From positions 1,364,001-1,428,000 of the forward strand of contig OZ037845.1 in NCBI GenBank assembly GCA_964035575.1: DNA of 64,000 bases, in the 5' to 3' direction. Within the stretch, counting starts at the first letter, position 1. Every line of letters begins with the position of its first letter. A model generated the notes under the pieces. It was not told where the DNA came from. It was given only the letters and a program-made list of their open reading frames with translations, and made no database searches. The stretch comes from Rhynchopus sp. YZ270_cl-10 (lineage: Eukaryota). Position numbers and translations under genes: made by a program. Positions 47,662 to 58,061 of the stretch are shown here, in pieces.

Positions 47662-50470
47662 TAGGGGGGGGGTAGGGGGAGCGACTCCCTAGTAAAATTG
47701 TGTCGCTTTAACCTGTTACGGCATTTCTGGCCATTTCCAAGCCACCTCTGGTCGGAAAACCCCCCAGAACTGGGTCAGAAACACCCTGTGACCCGAAAAT
47801 TCATGATTAGGGCGACCCAGAATATGCTAAAATGCGAAAAAATAGTGAAAAAGTGGCTTTTTGACGGTTTTGGCCATGTTGGGTAAAATGGCCATTTTTT
47901 GAGAAAAAAACCAAAAAAACAGCAAAATTTCGACATCATGACGGCTGCTTGGGCACAAAACTACCCCAGGGATGTCCCGTGAGTCCATTCCGACCTGTTT
48001 TGGACACTTTCGGTACTTTTTTTGGCCGTTTTTTGGTGTTTTTGTGGTAAAAAACGTCCTATGATAGTCCTATACTAATCGCAAGACGCCATTTGTCCCA
48101 CAGTCTGGGCCAATATGGGGGCCCACAAATGGGTAAAAACCCCCGAAAAAGCACTCCAGGAACCCAGATAGTTCCAAATATCCACCAGACACCCACCCAA
48201 ACACCGCAGAAACACCACAGAAAGTTGTCTTAAAAAACACACTTTTTTCAAAAAGGTTGTCAGACAGGCTCCATAATGACCTTTTTGAAAAAAGTGTGTT
48301 TTTCAAGACGATTTTCTGTGGTGTTTCTGCGGTGTTTGGGTGGGTGTCTGGTGGATATTTGGAACTATCTGGGTTCCTGGAGTGCTTTTTCGGGGGTTTT
48401 TACCCATTTGTGGGCCCCCATATTGGCCCAGACTGTGGGACAAATGGCGTCTTGCGATTAGTATAGGACTATCATAGGACGTTTTTTACCACAAAAACAC
48501 CAAAAAACGGCCAAAAAAAGTACCGAAAGTGTCCAAAACAGGTCGGAATGGACTCACGGGACATCCCTGGGGTAGTTTTGTGCCCAAGCAGCCGTCATGA
48601 TGTCGAAATTTTGCTGTTTTTTTGGTTTTTTTCTCAAAAAATGGCCATTTTACCCAACATGGCCAAAACCGTCAAAAAGCCACTTTTTCACTATTTTTTC
48701 GCATTTTAGCATATTCTGGGTCGCCCTAATCATGAATTTTCGGGTCACAGGGTGTTTCTGACCCAGTTCTGGGGGGTTTTCCGACCAGAGGTGGCCTGGA
48801 AATGGCCAGAAGTACCGTAACAGGTTAAAGCGACATTGGCTCCCACGTTAAAACGGCGGAGTCGCTGGCCCTAGGGGGGGGGGGAATCGGGGGGATGGAT
48901 ATGGGGAAAGGTAAAGAGTATCATGGTGCTGTGTGTGGGAAAGTTTTTTTTTCTTCCCCACATACATCTAGACATAAGACGATTTTTCACACAAAAAAAA
49001 AAGTAGAGTAAAGTTGACAGTGCAAAACGCCTCTGGGACGCAGAGCACTGACACTCCGTGGGGTTATCGAACCCTCCCCTAGACATACACCCCGATGAGA
49101 GTCGCATTCTCGCATCCTCGCACAATTCTGGTCTGGCGAAAAATTATCGCACAATTATCGCTCACTCTCGCACGACCAAAAATCCTTCTACGTGAGCGAT
49201 AATGATTATCGCATGCGATAATGGTGCAAGAATGGTGTACGATAGTGCGATAATGATTCTCGCATGCGACTCGCATCGAGTGTATGCCTAGAGTGTTCGG
49301 GAGAGGGAACCGGCTGGAGGTATATATGCCAGCTCCCATAATCTGTGGACTTCGCTGGGGGAGGGGGGGACCAATGAAATACAGCACAGAAAAAAAGAAA
49401 AAGGGGTACACACGTCTGGATTATGTTTTGTTGTAAAAAAAAAGAGAACAAAAAAGAACAAAACTAAACATAACATTATACCAACTGATCTGTCTTTACT
49501 ACTCTACTACTATGTCTTTTTTCGTTGACCGCAGCCATTTAGGCTCTTTGCCTATGACGCACATGATAATGGATGAGGGGGAGGATTCAAAAGGAAAAAG
49601 CGTAAAGACAGATCTATCGTTGGTTTTAAATATGTTTAGTTTCCAATCACACTTCGTGTGTGCAAAAACTAAACATAACATTATACCAACTGATCTGTCT
49701 TTACTACTCTACTACTATGTCTTTTTTCGTTGACCGCAGCATGACCCAAAGGGACCGCGCAGCGGAATAGTAGCATAGTACGGAGTTAAACGGGGAAGAA
49801 AAAAGGGGGGAAACGGTAGGAAAAGAAAGAAAAACGGTAAACACAGCACCGAGCAAGCCAGCACTCACAGAAAGAAATCGTGTTGATATCCATTCGCCGT
49901 CTCGAAGACAGTGGATAAGGGGGGGCCGTAAGCGCAAGGAGTGCCAAGCATAGTCAGCACACCCCATACAGGGGGACACATTTCAAACAAAAATAAAAGC
50001 GCATGGTGCACGAAGCAGAGTCAGTACCATCAAACGGGAGAGCAAAAAATATGAAAACGGTGTCAGTGATAAGCAGGGACTACAAAAACCAGCACGGGCG
50101 GACCCACCACCGAAACGACAATCTGGACCCACCACCGAAACGACAATCTTCCGCGAGAGTCGCCTCTCCAAACTACTGGGCAGCGGACGTTCGTGAAGCA
50201 GGGAGGCGTGGTACTAAAACATGTCCTCAACCGCGTATAGCGGGGCTCGTGGCCATCAGAACAACCCGCCCTTGGCAGGAAAATACCATGTACACAACGC
50301 AAGAAAACAGAACGCGCACGCACAATACGAGGACAAGCTCCTCAAAGAAAAACCAGTCGTCCCGCGACAGGCCCACACAGACCACCATTGAACCCTAGGT
50401 GATGAAAAAATAAAACAAACACTAAACACTCCTACGACGCACTGTGAGCGGGAAGGCAAACAATAAAATG

Positions 50471-51625
50471 CATGGGGCACTAAGCATAGTCAGCACGCAC
50501 CAGCGATGAAATGTTGATGAACAAGAAACACCCCTTCGTCGCTCCTCGAGCAGGAAGGTAAAATAAAATGCATGGGGCACCAAGCAGAGTCAGCACGCAC
50601 CAGCGATAAAGTGTTGATGAACATTGACACCCCTTCAGGGGAAAAAGTAAAAAGCACAAGGGGCACCAAGCAGAGTCAGCACGCTCCAAGCGAGAAAATG
50701 ATAACAATAACAAAACCCTTCGTCGCTCCGTGAGCGGGAAGGTAAAATAAAATGCATGGGGCACCAAGCAGAGTCAGCACGCACCAGCGATAAAGTGTTG
50801 ATGAACAATAAATACCCCTTCAGGGGAAAAGGTAAAAAGTACATGGGGCACTAAGCAGAGTCAGTACGCACCAGCGATAAAAGGTTGATGAACAATAAAC
50901 ACCCCTTCGTCGCTCCACGAGCAGGAAGGTAAAATAAAATGCATGGGGCACCAAGCAGAGTCAGCACGCACCAGCGATAAAGTGTTGATGAACAATAAAT
51001 ACCCCTTCAGGGGAAAAGGTAAAAAGTACATGGGGCACTAAGCAGAGTCAGTACGCACCAGCGATAAAATGTTGATGAACAATAAACACCCCTTCGTCGC
51101 TCCACGAGCAGGAAGGCAAAATAAAATACATGGGGCACCAAGCAGAGTCAGCACGCACCAGCGATAAAGTGTTGATGAACAATAAATACCCCTTCAGGGG
51201 AAAAGGTAAAAAGTACATGGGGCACTAAGCAGAGTCAGTACGCACCAGCGATAAAAGGTTGATGAACAATAAACACCCCTTCGTCGCTCCACGAGCAGGA
51301 AGGTAAAATAAAATGCATGGGGCACCAAGCAGAGTCAGCACGCACCAGCGATAAAGTGTAGATGAACATTGACACCCCTTCAGGGGAAAAAGTAAAAAGC
51401 ACAAGGGGCACCAAGCAGAGTCAGCACGCTCCAAGCGAGAAAATGATAACAATAACAAAACCCTTCGTCGCTCCGTGAGCGGGAAGGTAAAATAAAATGC
51501 ATGGGGCACCAAGCAGAGTCAGCACGCACCAGCGATAAAATGTTGATGAACAATAAACATCCCTTCGTCGCCCCATGGGCAAAATATAAAAACTCATGGG
51601 GCACTGAGCAAAGCCAGCACGCGCC
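50471..51625 (-). repeat. Array of 13 units of 86-100 bp (alternating ~100/87 dimer) in the 3' region of the retroelement
   Basis: Unit starts 50471, 50571, 50657, 50755, 50842, 50942, 51029, 51129, 51216, 51316, 51402, 51500, 51595. Confidence 0.92.
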
Positions 51626-51641
51626 ATAACAAACAAAACAA

Positions 51642-53546
51642 TTATTGACAAAACATTGCCTCCACACTCTCGTATACTTTGAGCACAGGGGGGAGTGACA
51701 CCATCGTGGGGGCCACCGTCCCGCGAGTGAACTCGTCAGCACGTTGACTTAAAGTGTCCACCCACGTGGCGGATACACACATGTTTGCTGCCTTTGCAGT
51801 GTCAAAAATCGCACACAGCAGCTCGTTAGCTAGATAATTCTTGCTGTGACCTTTGTTTATAGCTGCCACTGCAGCGGCGTTGTCGACCTGAAGAGACACT
51901 TCATGATTAGGGTGGTTTGCGGCCGCTAACCGAACGGCTAGCCAAGCAGCGTATAGCTCTTTCAGGTATATGTGATGTTTCTCAGGATCTGGAAACACAC
52001 CCTGAACAACAGGTTCGAAAAACTCAGATTCTATTAAAGCAGCCCACTCGCGGTCCGAGGCATCTGACCAAGTCACCACGGTGGGTCTCTCTGGTTGGTC
52101 TACAATCCAGTCATTACAACGCATCACAGACACTATGCCTGTGAATTCTGAGATAACAGATGGGGGGATAAAAAGTTGAACATCCCACTTTTGTGGGTCA
52201 ATAGCAAGTAAAGACGCGGTACGCCGCAGAAAAGAAAGAGAATCACGGTAATAACACAAATTCCGTTTGGTACAATACAAAAACCACACGAAACCTCCCA
52301 ATACTTTGTAGAAATCCCGGGCAGTGCAGTCGTCTTTCAACACCGCACTGAGAACGGGGGATTCCACACACTTCTCAATCCAGTCAGGGGCAGCACGGTA
52401 CCGTCTTGGGGAACTCGCCAAGTCAAACTCCAGGCCCAAAGCGCAAAAGTTCGTCCTAGGCACTCCCTCTCCCTCGTCGTCATTCAGCTCGGCACCGACA
52501 CGTTCAGCGCGTCGGAGGAACGAAGAGTAGCGCCTCTCTGCCTCCTGCAAGGTATTGCCCACGACAAAGAAGTTGTCCACCCAAGGTATCCCTTCATCCT
52601 CTGGCAGCAACACCATAGCCGAGCGGTGCGCGATGCACGGCGCCCAACTCCACCCCATGCACAGCACGTTGAGCTTTGCCCTCACAAAGGGTCCGCGTGC
52701 ACCTGCCAGGTTCACTCCAAAGAAATCGTCCACACCATCTGCCAGCGGAAACTGGTAAAACCAGCTCCGCCCATCAGCTTGCACCACGTACGCACTGTCC
52801 AGAAACCTCTTCACTACCTTATGTATGGAAGGTAGATACATGGGAGGGGGGTCACGCATCAGGCGGTTCAGCTTCCGACCGTCGCAGACCAGCCTCAGTC
52901 CCCGCACCTTCTTCGGCACGGTGAAGGCGGGAAGTATCACCTTCTGCTCGCCAGACCGAGACATCACACCCCACTTCTGCAGCTTCCCCCAGTGGCGCAG
53001 CATATGCCTGGAAGTCCCTCTCTTTACCGGGACTGACGACTCCAGGACTTTTCGGCCCTCCTCGGTGAGGGCTGCCGTGAAGGCTTCGGGGGACCGGATC
53101 ACGTCGAGGACTCCTGTCAGAAGACCTTGAGAGTCCATCGCCGTTAGGGCATCCAGGTCCAACCTAGCACGGGAGATCTCCGCCAGCTCCCCCTCAGCGC
53201 GTTCGGCGGGAGCAGACACAAAGCGGCGATCCAAAACAATCGTTGCCTCCCCGTACAGGAGCACAACATCAGGCCCATCGTCCTCCTCCGTCCTCCTCGG
53301 GAGCGCGGGCGGTGGTGGAGGCGCGTACATCTTCGGCGGCGCTCCGAATGTCGGGAAAGCAGGACGCAATGGTGGTGCACGCGCTCTTCTCCAGCGTCGT
53401 ACCCACACACAGGGCCTCAAGCCACACTGCAGCGGAGGGTGCGTCAGCGAGGGCCCAACTGCTCCTGCGACGCACTGCACGACGGCAACCCGTGCTCCTC
53501 CTCGTCCCCTGCCACCCCGCGCACGAGTCCTACTCCTCCGTGCCAT
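51642..53546 (-). CDS. DIRS-class reverse transcriptase-RNase H, 634 aa, with Arg/Gly-rich N-terminus
   Basis: FTVPKK..LRLVCD, DGRSWFYQ, LCMGWSWAP, WVDN, ALGLEFD; RNaseH SDAS, HIYLKELYA, VDN..AV..INKG.S, WV......ADEFTR. Confidence 0.92.
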   Translation of the reverse strand: MARRSRTRARGGRGRGGARVAVVQCVAGAVGPSLTHPPLQCGLRPCVWVRRWRRARAPPLRPAFPTFGAPPKMYAPPPPPALPRRTEEDDGPDVVLLYGEATIVLDRRFVSAPAERAEGELAEISRARLDLDALTAMDSQGLLTGVLDVIRSPEAFTAALTEEGRKVLESSVPVKRGTSRHMLRHWGKLQKWGVMSRSGEQKVILPAFTVPKKVRGLRLVCDGRKLNRLMRDPPPMYLPSIHKVVKRFLDSAYVVQADGRSWFYQFPLADGVDDFFGVNLAGARGPFVRAKLNVLCMGWSWAPCIAHRSAMVLLPEDEGIPWVDNFFVVGNTLQEAERRYSSFLRRAERVGAELNDDEGEGVPRTNFCALGLEFDLASSPRRYRAAPDWIEKCVESPVLSAVLKDDCTARDFYKVLGGFVWFLYCTKRNLCYYRDSLSFLRRTASLLAIDPQKWDVQLFIPPSVISEFTGIVSVMRCNDWIVDQPERPTVVTWSDASDREWAALIESEFFEPVVQGVFPDPEKHHIYLKELYAAWLAVRLAAANHPNHEVSLQVDNAAAVAAINKGHSKNYLANELLCAIFDTAKAANMCVSATWVDTLSQRADEFTRGTVAPTMVSLPPVLKVYESVEAMFCQ

Positions 53547-55957
53547 ATTTATTCGGTAACGAAGTTAAAAAATTTTTCGTTGACCGCAGCCATTTAGGCT
53601 CTTTGCCTATGACGCACATGATAATGGATGAGGGGGAGGATTCAAAAGGAAAAAGCGTAAAGACAGATCTATCGTTGGTTTTAAATATGTTTAGTTTCCA
53701 ATCACACTTCGTGTGTGCAAAAAAAGAACAAAAAAGGAAAGCTTGAAATATATGAAAATACAGCACTGTGCATAGTCATACAAAAACAACAAAAAAAGGG
53801 GTAGTTTGAAAATGCTTTGTGCTCTGTTTTTTATTAGTGTTGTAGACAACAAAAGGGGGGGAGCTCAAATCTTCAAAAATCCTTGCAAATCGCATCAGCT
53901 ATTTTTAAAAGGGGGGTGAAAAGGAGTGGAAATTCCAAACTAAAACAATGAGGGGGGGGGGTTTAATTTTGAGTCATCGGCAAATTGTTCGTTTGAGAGA
54001 TTGTTACCGTGTTTTAACAAATAGTGGAGCACGCTCTAGGGTGGCTACACTAATACAACCAAGTTTTCAATTAAAAAAAATAGTTTAAAAAAATGGTGGG
54101 TCAGTTGCTTATGACGCAAGTGAAAATAGTGGAGTTAGCAATACGTGTTGCCAACTGTTTTCCATCAATTTTTTTTCAAAAAAAGCTAAAAAAAAAAGTG
54201 TAGGGTGTTTGCGGTATAGCTACAAAATATGGGGGGGAACCAAATCGATTGTTTCTTCCCCCAACTCTCCTTGTCTGTGTATCTGTCGATGCATTGCGGG
54301 ACCGCTCCCTCTTCCATTTAAAAAAGAGCCCAAGGGGTTGAAACACGGTACCATAAAGATCTTAAGGAAGATATTTGTGTTTTTTCAGGATTCCTGGAAA
54401 TCCTGACACTTTGTGTTTTTTTTCTTCAGGATTTTTCAAGATCCTGACAATTTGTGTTTTTTTTTTTTTTTACCAGGGGCAGGGTTTCCGCCAGGATTTG
54501 GGGTTTCAGGAATTGGGGGGGACCATCAAAAAGACCCCCCAAAAAAATTTTTCCTCCCCGCAAAAGCGGTCGTCGCGCGCTTCGCGCGCGCCTCCCTGCA
54601 GGCCACAGAGTGGAGAGGCGAAGGGTGCACCAGGTTTGATAGCAGCCATGTCAAGCTTCACAGCTGTGTTGTCTGGTAGAGGTGGTTCGTTTGGAGGTCG
54701 GGGGTGGAAGTTAACAAGGTAAGGGGTCTTGTGAGAGTGGAGGGTGATGGTGTTTGCTTTTTCTATTGTATGGTGTTACAGTCATTACAGTGCTGCAGTG
54801 GGAACATGTAATAACTACCCGTCGCTTGCACCGAAGCCTCCTTAGAAAAAGGGGCAATGCACGGAAGTATCGATGGAAGTATATCAATATCACATAGCTA
54901 GCAACACAGCGCCGCAGGCGCACGGTACGCTACTTTTACCCTTTTTAAAAAAGATTGCACCACCCTCTTTTCTTCCACTTCTTCTGGCACAGCGAGCCAA
55001 ATGCTCTGCACGGTGGGGTCGCATGACCACGGGGGGTCATCTACAACCTCCAAAACCCCATTTTTCTTGGGGGGGACCATGGTCCCCCCCAAACCCCTGT
55101 AAAAATCCGGATTTTTCTGGGAAAAATATTGGGGGGGTCCATGGTCCCCCCCCGGTCCCCCTTGGCGGAAACCCTGAGGGGGCTTCTCTATGTTGTAGGC
55201 ATACAGAGGTACAGATTTTACAGACCGGGGCCGCAACTGGCTGGGATGTCACGAAACTGACAAAAAAAGTGGTTTTCGACCTTTTTTTTTGGCCTGCTGT
55301 ACAGTATAGTCAGGGTAGTAGCTTGAAAGGTGTACTTTTCAAATGTTGCTGGTTTAGAAAAAATTTTTCCCCGGTTGAAAGCGGTCGTCGCGCGCTTCGC
55401 GCGCGACTCCCTGACAACCACTAAGTGGAGAGGCAAAGGGTAAATTTTACGAGACAACAAAGAAAATGGAATATAATCCTGTGTTTACGGCGCTTGGTCT
55501 TGCACCTTCCACTAACCGTACGAAGTCAATACGTCTTCCAGAAGCAGGGGCCGTTGCAACGGTGGGTCATTTTGAAAAAATGGTCAACTTTTTGCATCTT
55601 TGATCAAGTTGCATTTGCGGCTGCAAAATGCAAGGGGATTCCCGAAGACATTGCAAACTCTATTTTTTGCGGAGCAAAAAATTAATATAAAGTGGCGCCG
55701 CAGGCGAAAAAAAAATTAGGGCATAGTGCAAAACATGCAGCTTTTTACACCACAGAGTCACTTAATGAACCCTTTTTAGGGGTTCGCTTACGTGTGAGGC
55801 TTTCTTCTGTGAGTGGGAAAGTGGTGCGGGGGAGGCGAAAAACTGAATCCCGAATCCCACTTTTTTTTTTATTTTTCCCCAAACCAGTAAACCAGCTCGT
55901 TCTGGTTTTGAAACCAGCAAAAGTACCCAAGCTATTTCCCTGGTATAGTATAGTACC

Positions 55958-56094
55958 GTACTGTACTGTACTGTACTGTACTGTACTGTACTGTACTGTA
56001 CTGTACTGTACTGTACTGTACTGTACTGTACTGTACTGTACTGTACTGTACTGTACTGTACTGTACTGTACTGTACTGTACTGTACTGTACTGT
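55958..56094. repeat. (GTACT)n satellite, ~27 units (reverse complement of CAGTA)
   Basis: Tandem repeat. Confidence 0.97.
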
Positions 56095-58061
56095 GCGGAA
56101 ATTGACCAAAAAACGAGAACTTGTCCATTTCGGCAAATTGACCCCACCACTGGCCGGATGGATTCCGGAAATGCAAATGCCGGCGTTTCTAAGCAAGTTC
56201 TAAGCAAGAGAGAAAAAAAAAACACAAAAAAAAAAAAAAAACACAAATTGTCAGGATCTTGATCAGGAAGAAGAAGATTTGAGTCCGTGAAAAAAAAAAA
56301 ATCTTCTTTAAGAACTTTCTGGTACCGTGTTGAAAACGTACCAAAAAATTTTTTTTTTGAATTATTCGGAATGCTGTCTTGATTTTATTTTTATTTTATT
56401 TTTCCAACACGAAAGCGATAGTGGAAAATAGATGGGATATGTACACAGTGATTCATATCGACCTCTTGATTTTTTCTCTTGATTTTTTTTTTCTTCTTTT
56501 TTTAAAGTCTGTGCACGCACTTCACAGCCACACTTTAAAGTTTTCTGACGATTTTATTTTGTCAAATAAAGCAAACAAACTAAACTAAACTAAAGAACGA
56601 TCGAAAAATTGATGCGGGGTGGGTGGGTGGGTTATGGGGTTGGGGTAGGGGGGTGACAATACTTTATTTTCTCTTCTTTTGTGAATGAAACAATCTTCTA
56701 TTTTTCTTTTTTTTTCCCCACTTCCCAATGTTTCCCCCTCCCACCCCTATATTTTTTTTTGTCAAACACAAGGAGGCGTTTACCGGCTTTGAGCGCACAA
56801 ACAAAAGACCCGATCTTTTTTTTTTTTTTGTCAAACACAAGGAGGCGTTTAGAACCATCCTACCCACACTATTCTCTATTTCGTTTTCTTTTTCTTTTCT
56901 TTTTGGCCTCAAAGAGGCCTCTTCTTTTTGAACAATGGGCACACGGAGTGGGTCACAAAGGAGCTTCATCCTTCTGGAAGCTTCCCCCCTTCCTCTCTTC
57001 TTAGACTGCCCCCCTGTTTTGGATACGGAGTGCCTTTTGTTTTAAATAAAAAGTAATTTATTGCTTTTATCTATTCAAAAAAAATATTTATTTATCAAAA
57101 ACCCCCTCCTCTCTTCCCAGTAACTGTACAAAACCCCTTGCAATTGGTGCTATTCAGGGAGGGGTGGGGTTTCGCAACTTTTTTTTAACAACTTTTGGTA
57201 CCCCAGAAATCCAAAATACCAAGTTATGTAAGAAGTGCGCAAATATTGGGTCGTCAGGAGTATCATTTTTTTCACACTTTGCTTGACTTATGTGGGTGTG
57301 AAAAAAAGTTGTGAAAAAGTTGTGAAAACCCCGCCCCTCGTATATCACCTATACAATGCTGCTTACACAGATGAGCTGCAACATATTGCAACAGGAAAAC
57401 ACTAATGAAAAGGGGTTTTTTTAGACCCAAAAGAAGTTTTTTTTTTTGCTTTTTGTGTTAGTGCCTGCGAGGCGTTTGCATTTGAATCAACTTTTTTGAA
57501 TTCCTTTTATAAAATAAGTTTTAACCCACGGGGACACAATGGTACAAAAAGGTGAGCTTCACCGACCACCCTGGGCATTAATTGTACTAACATTATTGAG
57601 TGCTTTCTGGATTCCAAAATATATCAGCTTTTTCATTTTCCCCAAAATGATTAATTTCGGGGAAAATGTTAGAGGAAAAAAAGGCAGTGTGTGACAGGGA
57701 AGAACGATGATGGATACGGTGAATCGTGTTTGGAAAACAAACAACAAAAAAAAGACACTGTTTTTGCCTTTGCTGCAAACCCTCCACCAAACCCTATCTG
57801 AGAGACCCCCTACTAATAGCTTGCTCCTAACCCGATCATAATTCTATTGTTGCCTAACAGACACACGGAGTCGCTCTTTCCTACAAGGATGACCACGATG
57901 AAGATATATCTCATGCTGACAGGACAAAACCAAGCTGACAAAAAAAAACACTTCAACCCACAGGCTTTTACACTAAAAAAAAAACCCCCCGTTTTTTTTT
58001 GTCGAGGGTTTTTTTCTTTTCTTTCTCCCCCCCTCCCCCTCTCCCCCCCTACCCCTGCAAA

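Larger units (their letters stand above)
49464..53718 (-). mobile_element. Young split-direct-repeat YR-type retrotransposon carrying only RT-RNaseH
   Basis: A1 53718-53573; B1 49740-49669; A2 49663-49518; B2 49535-49464; repeat pairs identical; no TSD; empty site at ~42095-42110. Confidence 0.92.
41841..53979. repeat. Large inverted duplication: left arm 41841-43900; right arm 47661-49463 plus 53719-53979
   Basis: Arms are essentially exact reverse complements; mirrored ORF translations in the track. Confidence 0.92.

Noticed and set aside
50471..51625. CRISPR array
   Set aside because: Intervening segments are recurring variants rather than unique spacers; no cas genes; eukaryotic retroelement context
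50471..51625. Hammerhead ribozymes, tRNAs or C/D snoRNAs in the array
   Set aside because: No CUGANGA/GAAA core, no T-loop GTTC, and TGATGA lacks a matching CTGA on the same strand
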